Source of the DNA: Eledone cirrhosa
Taxonomy: Eukaryota
Direction of reading: 5' to 3'
Assembly (NCBI GenBank): GCA_964016885.1
Contig: OZ024740.1
Coordinates: 89,342,001 to 89,406,000 of the forward strand
DNA length: 64,000 bases
A program made the translations under genes and the position numbers. The notes under the pieces are model-generated. The model searched no databases. It worked only from the letters and a program-made list of their open reading frames with translations, and had not been told where the DNA came from. Within the stretch, counting starts at the first letter, position 1; each line of letters starts with the position of its first letter. Of this stretch, positions 26,619 through 37,958 are shown piece by piece.

Positions 26619-27727
26619 CCAACCCAGGAAAAACCAACGAAGAACCATGTGAGATTGATTCACACAAAATGAAAATTCGAACAATTCCAAAATGGAACAA
26701 ATCCCTCAGAGACAGAAAGTTCTCATTCTGGAAGATGATACAAAATCACAACAAAGCAGAGATATATGAAAAATGGCTTAACTCAACCCCTCTAACTCTC
26801 CCCCGTAAACTACAAATAAAGTCCATTCCAAATGAACCCGAACCTCAAAGACACCTTAGGGAAAGAATGGCATTGGAAAAGATGAAGACAGAAATTGAAC
26901 TTCTTAAACTGAGGGCCCAGACAAATGAGGAAAAAATCAAAACCATCGATGAAGCGATCCTCCTGGAAATCAACAACAAAACTGAAGGCCCCAAGGTAGA
27001 GAAGATCTCCAAATTATGGAAAGGGGACTGCAACAGAGAAGAACTGAAATCCCTTCAACGCTGGGAAAAAAGTGCCGCTTGGTTCCTACACTATGAATCG
27101 ACTTTTCAAACGGATTACACCTCCAATAACCCGTTCATAAAAATAGGAAAACCCATAACTGAACCGCACAACAACTTCTCAAACCCTCAAGCCTCAAACA
27201 AACGAAGAAGGAAGCACCACACCGAAGATGAACTTCCCAACCTCGCTACCATAAGAAGGAACAAAAACCCAAGAAATCATCTCCCCCAGAATGACATTTA
27301 CAACTTTCCCCCTTCAAGGAGACACCATACCAAATCACTCAACTACTACGCGGATGCCTCATCGTCAAACATAGGGAAAAGATACCACCGCCATGATAGA
27401 TGCAACAACTTCCCCGCCTCAAGGGGACAGCAAGGTAATTACCATTTTCTCAACTCTCACTTCCACAATACACAACAAACCCACACCACACGATACAACC
27501 AACAACGTAGGCCACTTATAACACCACAATACAACATGGCACATAAAAACACACACCCATACTCGCAGTACAGGAACACCCCATTCAATCTACAACCACC
27601 AACCCGAACCACATTTTACAACAACAAGGAATATAACAAACACAGGAGACCACTTAACATCAGCAGACAACCCCTCTACCCCAACCATTTTTTAGACACA
27701 GCACACAGATACAGGCAAACAAAATAA
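26619..27727 (+). CDS. PLE ORF1 (5'-truncated): helical/coiled-coil-like N-half plus basic N/H/R/P-rich disordered tail
   Basis: About 370 uninterrupted codons starting at the inversion junction. Heptad-like ERMALEKMKTEIELLKLRAQTNEEKIKTIDE. Overlaps ORF2 at 27658-27727. Confidence 0.75.
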
Positions 27728-30012
27728 CACAAGACAGGGAGAAGAAACCGATAGTAATAAAAATTATCAATCTTACTAGTGCAGAACCAACACCCAACCT
27801 TATCAACTTACTCTCCAAAGGTCTTAAATTCACACCGACCCCACTACGTCCTAACTACTATGAAATGAAGGAAGACATCACAGACTTCTGTAGAAAGTTA
27901 CGACTTAGTGAACAACTATTCGACCAGTACAATGAGGATGAATCATTAGCCAGAAATAGAAGCAATTACACCCCTTCAAAAGGTAGAAACAAAATCCTGG
28001 ACGAATTCTGTGAACACATCACAAACTTCCCTTACCAACACTTGCACAGACAAAAACACAAGCCAAACCTCAACAAGAAAGAATGGGGAGAATTAAATAG
28101 ATTAAAAACCGACAGAACCATTACAATTAAAGAGGCTGATAAAGGGAGTACAGTAGTCCTAATGGAGACAGAATTCTATATCAACTTAGCGCTCTCCACT
28201 TTGGAAAACGAAACATACTACGAAAAGGCTGAACACTACAATCAACAGAAAATTATGAGAAACCTAAAAACTCTAATCAACCAATACAAAGAAGGACTCA
28301 CTAACAAGGAATTCAGCTTCATCACAGACTTCACAAGTAAATCCAGCCTTTTCTACGGTATCCCTAAAGTACATAAAAGCGAATCAATCAGTAAGGCATG
28401 CAAGGAAGCCACAGACATAGTCATCAATGTCCCCTCACCCAATGATCTCAAATTAAGACCTATAATAGCAGGCCCCGCTTGCGAAACGCACCGTCTTAGC
28501 AACTTCATTGATACCCTTCTCAAACCCTTCCTCAAGCACATCAAAAGCTATATAAGGGACGACCTAGATATGCTCAATCACCTCCCTAATATGCCACTTT
28601 CTGAACAAACCCTACTAGTGACGTTCGATGTAGTCAACCTATACTCCAACATCCCCCACAACCTAGGAATAGAAGCTATCCAATTCTGGCTGGATAACTT
28701 CCACAATGAACTCCCACAACGCATCACAAAAGAATTCGTGATAGAGGGACTCAAATTTATCTTGGAGAACAATTACTTCGTTTTCAATAACAAACCCTAC
28801 AGGCAGAAATCTGGGACCGCTATGGGAACGAAAACAGCCCCTACGTATGCCAACCTAGTCATGGGATACCTGGAAATCACCCTCTACACTAAAGTCCTAA
28901 ACAAATTTGGAAACACCCTCCACTTACACATTGAAAGGAACTGGAAGCGATATCTTGATGATTGCTTCATCCTTTGGCACGAAAACATCGAAAAACTTAA
29001 AGAATTTCACACCCTTATAAATGGGCTCAACACAAATATTAACTTCACGATGGAATACAGCCATCAACAACTCCCCTTCCTCGACATCCTCATTAAGATC
29101 CATAACAAAAAAATAGAAACAGACATATACTACAAGCCCACAGACTCCAAGCAATACCTCCCCTTCAACTCTTGCCACCCTAGACACGTTAAAATTAATA
29201 TTCCCTACAACTTAGCCTAGAGAATCTGTACTATAGTCTCCAATAAAAACATCTGCTACTTACGGCTACAAGAACTAAAGGACACACTCATAGGCAGGGA
29301 CTACCCTGCATCACTAATTGACAATGGAATCCAACGTGCCCTAAAACTCAGTACCCAGGACCTTAGACACCCTAAAGTAAATCAACCAAAACTAAAAGCT
29401 CTTCCATACATCTCCACACACAACCCCCTCAACAACGAGGCTTTTGACACCATCCTCCAGAACATCCCTGTATTGAAAAAGGACCATAGAATGAACCAAA
29501 TTATACGAACACACGATATCATAAAGAGCAAAAGACAATCCAAGTCAATGAAAAACATCTTAACACATGCCAAAGTACTGCCAACCACAACAACGAAACC
29601 CACAGTAAAAAAATGCGATAGACCCAACTGTGGCGTTTGCATCAACCTAATAGAGGGTTCGGAATTCTATTTCAAAGATGGACAACGTTTTATAGTAAAA
29701 CACAATTTCACATGTGCATCGGAAAATGTAATATATGTATTAACTTGTTCAGGTTGTCGAGAACAATACATAGGCCAGACCAATGGCAGCCTCCGCCAAC
29801 GCATGACTGTCCATAGATCCCAAATTAAAATACGGGAATACAGGAAAATGCCACTGAGTGAACACATTGATACCTGTGCCGCCCAAAATCATCCCAACTT
29901 CAGAATCTTTCCCCTCTACAAATTTAATGATAATGCCACCCACACCCAGCGCATCAGCAAGGAATCTTACTTCATTAACAAATACGGACCCCGTCTAAAC
30001 ACTTCTCCCTAA
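27658..30012 (+). CDS. PLE ORF2: RT plus C-terminal GIY-YIG endonuclease (Neptune-type), one in-frame TAG
   Basis: Frame open from 27658: KIINLT..LLSKGLKFTPTP, ADKGS, FYGIPKVHK, RPII, FDVVNLY, GTAMGT, RYLDD. TAG at 29218-29220, then the same frame continues to CDRPNCGVC, NVIYVLTCSGC..YIGQT..RQRMTVH..H. Confidence 0.92.
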
Positions 30013-30518
30013 GACGAACCCACAACATACACACGTCAACATACATACCTACATCAGCACACATCTCTACCCACATATAAACACAATGACACACGTAAAC
30101 ACACATGCTCTATGGTGCAATACAAAAAAATATATGTGCATATATATGTATGTATATATGTATATATATATATATATATATATGTAGTGAAAATATATAT
30201 ATGTGTGTGTGTGTGTGTATATATATATAGTGAATATCATTTCACACCTTTTATTGTTAAGATTGTTGATGTTCTATTAAGAGAACCGATTTTACTGAAA
30301 AAATCGAATAATGTACACCATTTTACCAGGGGGGAAAAATACTGGTCCACCCACACACGCACACACACACACACACACACATATATACACAAACGCATAC
30401 ACACGCGTACATCAACATACAAAGAGACTTATACACACACACACACACGCACTTCTCCGTATAAGACAAAAGCTGAAAAATATCTTTTGACCTTCGAATG
30501 ACTCTGCTGTGTGTATGT

Positions 30519-30552
<34 letters not shown>

Positions 30553-30634
30553 ATCTTAATAGCCATTTGACACACATCGCTGGTGGCTATTGTCGCAGCA
30601 TCAAACACCTTACTACTACTACTACACACACACA

Positions 30635-30701
<67 letters not shown>

Positions 30702-30726
30702 TTGTTATGAAAGAGTCATTTCTCAA

Positions 30727-30961
30727 TCTTGGCGCAAAACCAATTTTTTATCCACATGACCTCTACCGACCAATCAAAATTGTTTTGACCATAATTTTTG
30801 CTGGAGCCACTTTTCTAACATTTTAACATAAAAACAGTCTTGGCGCAAAATCAACTTTTTACATTCACATGACCTCTACCGACCAATCAAAATTGTTTTG
30901 ACCACAAGCATTTTTGCAACACAAAAATAACGCTGGAGCCATTTTTTTAACATAAAAACAG
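30727..30961 (+). repeat. ~110-125-bp tandem duplication in the pLTR with CCAAT boxes
   Basis: Two units beginning tcttggcgcaaaa (30727, 30838), each containing gaccaatca. Confidence 0.75.
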
Positions 30962-31222
30962 GTAGAATTCCCAAAACTAATCAGATCAGAGCAAACAGCA
31001 CGGACACTCTATCTCAAAATTATTTTTGAAAAGCATTTAGAAATGCGCAACCGGTAAAAACTTAAAAACTTAAAACCACAACTGAATACTAACCCATACA
31101 ATCACTAATACTCTTTTATTCCTAATTAAACCATTTTTCAACTGTGAACAATTTGTCAGCATTTTCTATTCCGTTTACCAATATATAATAACTTGTGTGT
31201 TACACCTCTATTCTTTTAACTA

Positions 31223-32641
31223 TATATATGTATATATATATGGTGTCACTTCCAACCATCCAAATCAACCACAGGAGGTCAAATCCTATGTGGGTATGGA
31301 GGAGGGCCGATTTAAGAAACGCTTCCTGAACCACCAGTCGACCTTTAGGTACCAGGACAGACGTTCATCCACGAAACTCACGAAACACATATGTCCCTTA
31401 AAGTCTCAAGTATAGACTACTCCATTGAATGGAAAGCCATCACTAAGTCCAAGTCATACTCAAGGGCCAATCCGTCGTGTGGACTATGAATTGAAGAACG
31501 TATAAATATTCTAAAGGGATTACGCAATAGCGATTGCCTAAACTCAAGAATTGATTTCTTTATACGTTGTCCACACGTCTGGCAACGCCTCTTACATAAC
31601 TACAAAGCTTCGGATTGAATTACAACAACATCCTATTTTTCTTATCAACTAGAAACTTTCGAACTTTCGCAGTTATCTCCCTTACAATTCTGGCACGCAA
31701 TTTAGTATTGCCTGAGTGAAGTGACCGTTTCGGCGCATGCACATTCGTACGGTTGTCCTTCCTGTTCCGTATAACCACGTCCATTACGAGCTTAGGATCC
31801 GCTAAGGTGAAACAATTGTTCTGGGTATGGTGAACTAACTGTTGTGTAACCACTTCTATATATCGGCTGTGCGAATGATTTTAGGCATCGTCTCTATGTG
31901 TTGGTACTTTAACGATAGTTATAGCTCTGGTTCATCCAAACTATTGAGCCCTCTGCCACACATGTCGAAGATTGTTTATCCTTATTTCGTGGGCCGAGAT
32001 TCTGATTCCCGATTATTTACTTGTATTAATTTCCAGGCTTTAGCTAACGACCAGTTATTTTTATTGATTTTTTAGCTGATCTTATTGACTGATGAATAGT
32101 TCTTGTTTATTTTAACACGTCTGTTGAGAACTCTTATTCGATATGTGATTTTTTGTATTCTTACAAAATTTACACTTACTGAATTCTTTCACCAAATATA
32201 GGGGTTCCTTCCCTTGCTGGACTACACGTGCGTTCAGTAATGGGTCCTCCTGTATTTTTGAACGAAACATCCGCTGAGAAAGCAGTCTCCTCGTTCATCT
32301 CTTTAATAGAAGTCAGATATATTTTTTTATGTGGGCTGACAGTAATTGATTAAGGAACTGCAGAAACCCAAAAAGCTAGAATTTAACATCCTTCTAGCGG
32401 GTCCTGGGGAGTTTTTACATTCATTTAATTTATTGATTTATTAATTTATTATTTGAGTGACCCGAATTTTCCTGGTCGTTCTTTTCGGCTGTGCGAATGA
32501 TTTTAGGCATCGTCTCTATGTGTTGGTACTTTAACGATAGTTATAGCTCTGGTTCATCCAAACTATTGGGCCCTCTGCAACACATGTCGAAGATTGTTTA
32601 TCGTTTTTTCGTGGGCCGAGATTCTGATTCTCGATTATTTA

Positions 32642-32644
<3 letters not shown>
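31223..32644 (+). mobile_element. Hydra-like PLE 3' fragment (GIY-YIG plus UTR) with a ~160-bp direct repeat
   Basis: YVGMEEGRFKKRFLNHQSTF, then CGL..E..LNSR..CPH to ~31618. Direct repeat 31863-32022 / 32485-32644. Confidence 0.8.
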
Positions 32645-32702
<58 letters not shown>

Positions 32703-32716
32703 CAGAATTAGCCGTC

Positions 32717-32743
32717 GAAACGGCTTGAGCTCAGCCGTCGAGG
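32717..32743 (+). ncRNA. 3' half of a hammerhead (GAAA, palindromic helix III, GUC)
   Basis: GAAA-CGGCU(U)GAGCUCAGCCG-UC-GAGG. The CUGAnGA half is absent because the fragment is truncated at (TA)n. Confidence 0.45.
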
Positions 32744-32858
32744 TCCTACTTGTTCCTATTGCCCACTCTACTACCCTAAGTATTGAGTACTTTGGTGCGT
32801 TATGGTCCAACTGGTTCCTTACCACATTTCCTTCGTTATGTATATATATATTTTCGTC

Positions 32859-32942
<84 letters not shown>

Positions 32943-33064
32943 GGGTGAGTTTTATTGTAGTACAATAAAGCAATGCAGATATCGGATAAGAAGCACTCTA
33001 CAGTTTGTAGGACTGGAGTATACATAATATATAAGATCAAAAGATGGGTAAAATAGTTCCATGT

Positions 33065-33133
33065 ATTTTATTATGCGCATTTCAAAAACAAATATCATCA
33101 TGCAATAATATTTGTGTTTTCATCAGATAAAAT
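33065..33133 (-). ncRNA. Type I hammerhead ribozyme, intact core
   Basis: AUUUUAU-CUGAUGA-long helix II-GAAA-UGCGCA (palindromic)-UA-AUAAAAU. Confidence 0.85.
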
Positions 33134-33258
33134 AGGAAGACATGATATGAAGGTTAAAAAACACTTGTGAATAGTGCAGGTTTAAATCAACATATTATAT
33201 GTTGATTTAAAACTGCACTATTCACAAGTGTTTTTTAACCTTCATATCATGTCTTCCT

Positions 33259-33327
33259 ATTTTATCTGATGAAAACACAAATATTATTGCATGATGATAT
33301 TTTTTTTTGAAACGCGCATAATAAAAT
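33259..33327 (+). ncRNA. Type I hammerhead ribozyme, mirror copy
   Basis: AUUUUAU-CUGAUGA-...-GAAA-CGCGCA-UA-AUAAAAU. One substitution in helix III. Confidence 0.78.
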
Positions 33328-33358
33328 ATATGGACCTCTTTTAACCATATGTTGATCT

Positions 33359-33411
<53 letters not shown>

Positions 33412-33497
33412 GTAATAATAATAAATTTGAAGACTAAAATCCAAAGAGGGCTCGATAAGGATAAATATATATAAAATATATAAGAACCGTAGAGCAA

Positions 33498-33612
33498 ATA
33501 TTTATTAAAATAACAGATTAAAGATTAAAGAATCGCTGCTTTCAGAAGATCCTGTTAAGGGTGAAAGCAGCGATTCTTTGCTTAAACTTTAATCTGTTAT
33601 TTTAATAAATAT
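33498..33612. repeat. Short fold-back, ~47-bp arms, in a repeat also seen at ~22210-22275
   Basis: atatttattaaaataacagattaaag..aagaatcgctgctttca and its reverse complement. gaagactaaaatc and cagaagat..aaagcagcgattcttt are shared with 22210-22262. Confidence 0.7.
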
Positions 33613-33698
33613 ATATATATATAAATGAAAGTATAGACATTATTGTGAGCGTGAAGCCAACAGTATTTCATAATATATAATATATATATATATATATA

Positions 33699-34757
33699 CT
33701 AGCATTAAAGCCCGGCGTTGCTCGGAGTCAGTAAGTTACCAATGTTAGGTTGTATCACCCATTTTATGGCAGCACTTTTTTGTCTACCAAGCACTGAGTG
33801 AATGAATTGCAGACCTGGACCGCCGAAGCAGGAGCTGGGTCAACAGTGACAATTCTAGTTTCGCCTATGGATATTATCTCTGTGCAAAGAAGTGTTGAAA
33901 TTTATTGTTTCACATCACTTGCGCAACACGCGCATAGACGATGCCAGTCGAACAACAGAGCTGCGATGGATTTTTTCTTCATGGTTGTCTAATGTATGTT
34001 TTCTAAATTTAAGATAGTAGGGAGGGGTCTGATATGGGGGAGAGTTACCCGCAGTTTCTAGCAGGTTTAGTGACCTCATAGAGGATATGTTTTCTAAATT
34101 TAAGACAGTAGGGATGGTGTGATATGGGGGAGAGGTAGCTGCTATTTCTAGCAGGTTTAGTGATCTCATAGAGGATATTACTGTGTATAGTAAATGAACT
34201 GATACTTCTTTCTTCCACGTTCGTTGATAGATGTTTTAAAAAAGATTTATCACTATTTTTTTTTTGTTGTTGAATAAATTTATCTGTTGCTTTTGAATAA
34301 TTCTTGTTTCGTATGAAATGTAATACGTTCTCTTTCTCATTGAAGTAAATAAATGTTTGACCGTTCCACATTCAGAAACAAACTTTTATCTCTCTCCCTC
34401 TCACTGTCTCTCTCTCTCTCGCTCTCTCTCTTAAAGTTTGTAAGTTTAATCGTATATCAGAGAAAGTTGCGGCATGTATGTAGTTTTATCGAATTTTAAG
34501 GGGAGTAGAGAGAGGTATTCTGATTATATTAGAGCGGTAAAGCGTCATGTATTTAGTTTTATGGATTATTTCCGTAATTGTGGGTGAATTTGAATGAAAT
34601 AAATAGTCGTTGTCCTGAGTTAGACCATTTACAACATTACTACATACTTTGAGTCGAATCGATTTGAAATTGTGCAAATGTATAAACGTTGAACATGCAC
34701 GCACACACACATACACACACACAACAACAACAACAATATGCCTTTTATAGATAAGGA
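33699..34757 (-). mobile_element. Non-autonomous Helitron
   Basis: Minus strand starts TC (a|tccttatctataaaagg) and ends with hairpin ccgagc-aac-gccgg, then CTAG|t. A/T insertion site with no TSD. Internal microsatellites and an ~90-bp tandem duplication (~33997-34177). Confidence 0.8.
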
Positions 34758-34858
34758 TATATATATATATATGAAAAATATATCGATTTTTTACAAAAAT
34801 ATTACAATTGGAAATATAGCTGGAAGAGTTAAAATAGCTATGTGTGTGTGAGAGAGGG

Positions 34859-34977
<119 letters not shown>

Positions 34978-35363
34978 GAGAGTATGTGTGTGTGTGTACA
35001 TATATATACGCTTTTTCTCTTTTACTCCTTCCAGCTGGCTGCGTAAAACCATGCTGGGAGGGCAGCATTAGGGTTAATGTGATAAAAAAATGTCACCGAT
35101 ATACCTTGACATCGCCGTGAAAAGATAATCATCAAATCAGAGAAGCATTTCAAAACAGAGTTCGCGTGGTGTACAGATATCCATTCTGGGTTATACAATC
35201 TAGATGAACTAATATTAGAATATTTCGCTGGTATCCTCTCCCAGACTGCAGTTAGGGAGACAATACAAGGAAGATTTCCTAATATTAAATCATCTACCTC
35301 GTATTCTCCCCAATGGATGTTTTTGACATTAATTACACTTTGTTAAATATGTATATATATATA

Positions 35364-35567
35364 TAGGTGATGATAATACATCGTAACTATACTTCGATAT
35401 CCATCTATGTAAGGTTAATTACAAAATATCAGATAAATAGAATATTTAATTACATGCATATCACCAGCTGTTATCTGATATTTTGTAACTAAACTTACAT
35501 AGATCGATATCGAAGTATAGTTACGATGTATTATCATCACCTAGAAACGATCGTAAAGCCGTAAAGT
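35364..35567. repeat. Fold-back element, ~71-bp arms plus short tail, in (TA)n
   Basis: taggtgatgataatac...atcagataa (35364-35436) versus ttatctgat...gtattatcatcaccta (35471-35543). Tail gaaacgatcgtaaagccgtaaag. Confidence 0.8.
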
Positions 35568-35587
35568 ATATATATATATATATATAT

Positions 35588-35628
<41 letters not shown>

Positions 35629-35629
<1 letters not shown>

Positions 35630-36525
35630 GAGGCGTGTCAGAAACATTCCAGGACTGATGTCACAAAAGATTTATTTCAAACCCGAACTTCACACCAAGA
35701 GTTTTCTCCTTCAAAGTAATCTCTATGGAGTATGTAACTGTAATCTTAGCTCTATGCAGCGATCAAACTTTTTTCTTCATAATTGTATATACATGTCCTC
35801 TGTTTCAGGTCGTCAAGCAATGAGTACAGAACAACGAACGGTTTGGGAAAACTCCGCCAGAGTCACTGGGATTGTTGCAGCAAGTGTATGGAGTTGAGAC
35901 GATGTCAAGCTCACGTGCTTTTTAGTGGTGCAAGAGTTTTAAAGAAGGACGCGAGGACGTGGACGATGACCCTAAGAGCGGAAGTCCCTAAACAGCCAGG
36001 ACTAAGGTCAACGTTGAGCGTGTCAGGCAGTTGGTGCGTAGCGATCGTCGGCTGACTGTTCGACTGATGTCAAACGGGCTAGGCATGAATCGGGACAGCG
36101 TCTGGAAGATTTTCACTGAAGATTTGGACATGCGGAAAGTCTGCGCGAAGATGGTGCCAAAACGGCTGAACGATGACCAGAAGGGTCGACGCATGCAAGT
36201 GTGCCAGGACATCCTCGAGCGTCTTGAAACCGAACCAGACTTGCTAGGGACAGTCATCACCGGTGATGAGTCATGGATGCTCAAGAGGGTCATCAAGGGG
36301 ACCCGTTTTGAAGACGTGGACGACATGAAAAAGGCTGTGACGACGGAATTGCGGAGGATCCCGGAAGAATCCTTCCAGGAGTGCATGCAAGCGTGGCAGA
36401 AAGGGGTGGAAAAGTGCATTAGACTCCAAGGGGATTACTTTGAAGGAGAACACTCTTAGTGTCAAGTTTGGGTTTGAAATAAATCTTTTGTAACATCAGT
36501 CCTGGAACTTTTCTGACACCCCTCG
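35629..36525 (+). mobile_element. mariner element (irritans/Hsmar2-like termini), internally deleted
   Basis: ~55-bp TIRs (cgaggcgtgtcagaaacattccaggactgatg.. / ..catcagtcctggaacttttctgacacccctcg) with TA flanks. Transposase remnants DDPKSG, DRRLTVR, RKVCAKMVPK and ITGDESW fused directly to LKRVIKGTRF, so the catalytic middle is missing. Confidence 0.93.
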
Positions 36526-37824
36526 TATACATTGAATAAAATAATATTTTGACATTTTCAGACATTACATTATATTTATTTTATTGTTTTTGTTTCACCA
36601 TTCATCAAACTTACAGAGAGGACAACCATCCCTTACTTATCAAAAACATTATGAATAGCATTTATTTTCTGCCCGAAGTCATTTTATAATGTCACGAAGA
36701 TTTCACTCACAATATATATACTATCGAAAGACATGCCATGTTGTCCTCTAAGGGAAGTGGCAATTTATAGCTATTTCTCATTTATTACAATGTGTTAATT
36801 TATAAACGTTAAATAGTATTTCTTTGATATAATTCTCTATTTCATATCCTTGAAATATTCTAATGGAATTAATTCATTTCTTGTTAAGCCCTTCAATAAA
36901 GAAGCCATGTAATTGTAAAGTAGTATATCATACTCAATGCATTATGATGCAACTGTCAATAAATTCCATATATATAGTATTTAATGCTGAAGCGAATATA
37001 AAATTTGAACAAAGCTGATATGGATTATAATAAGCCGTCATGATATTCAAACCATGGACAGTGCTTAGTATTTCATAGACATATTGGTTACGACCGAAAG
37101 TTATTATACCCTAGTACAGAAAAGATTGACAATATATAATTTATATGTTTACTTAAAGATATAATATAACTGAAATTCAAAGCTGTTACGCAGAAGAACA
37201 CCAACTGTGTTACGAAAATTGATGGAAATAATATATATTCATATTATTTAGGCACCGAAACTGCATCGAAAGACAATGTAATTATCTGTAAGAACAAAAT
37301 ATTTTAAACATTGGTTAACGTCTGATTTACAAAGGTTTATATAAAATACTTTAATAGAAATTATTATTTTCATTTTCTGAAATATGTATACATTTTGTAT
37401 GACAAATGCAAAGTTTAATTTCCAAATCATACAATATACAACAGGCCAAGTTAGTTATTTCGTCATTAGGAAACTTTTTTTCTTGTAGAACGCATAGTAT
37501 ATGTGAATCCTACATGAATAGAATTTGTCAGATTCTTTTAAATTTAGTTATGGAAAATATTGATCATGTAGTGCTCAGTCATAATACAGAGTATCAACAC
37601 GAAATATATGTTTATATATATATCTGAATATCAATGTCAGTTCGGAGAGCATATAGGTGCTCCAGATAGTGTCACTAATTTTCCGAATTGATAGATCAAA
37701 GCTATAATACTATCTAATTTTGTTTAAAATAACTAAGGAAATAATCGCTGGTCAGATTTTACGGATCGGTTGGAGAAAAAGTTTTTGAAATGTATTTCAC
37801 CCTATGCTCTAAATTCCTTCCCAG

Positions 37825-37958
37825 GAAGAAGAAGAAGAAGAAGAAGAAGAAGAAGAAGAAGAAGAAGAAGAAGAAGAAGAAGAAGAAGAAGAAGAAGAAG
37901 AAGAAGAAGAAGAAGAAGAAGAAGAAGAAGAAGAAGAAGAAGAAGAAGAAGAAGAAGA
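37825..37958. repeat. (GAA)n microsatellite, about 44 units
   Basis: Uninterrupted gaa array. Confidence 0.98.

Larger units (their letters stand above)
26221..31220 (+). mobile_element. Young Neptune-type PLE with inverted 5' pseudo-LTR, 3' pseudo-LTR and tail
   Basis: 26221-26618 is the reverse complement of 30764-31183, near-identical apart from a ~22-bp deletion. ~35-bp 3' tail extension. (TA)n flanks. Encodes RT and GIY-YIG. Confidence 0.93.
32940..33368. mobile_element. ORF-less palindromic mini-PLE with two hammerheads
   Basis: Arms 33024-~33194 and ~33197-33368 with almost no spacer. Unpaired tail 32940-33023. (TA)n on both sides. Confidence 0.85.
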
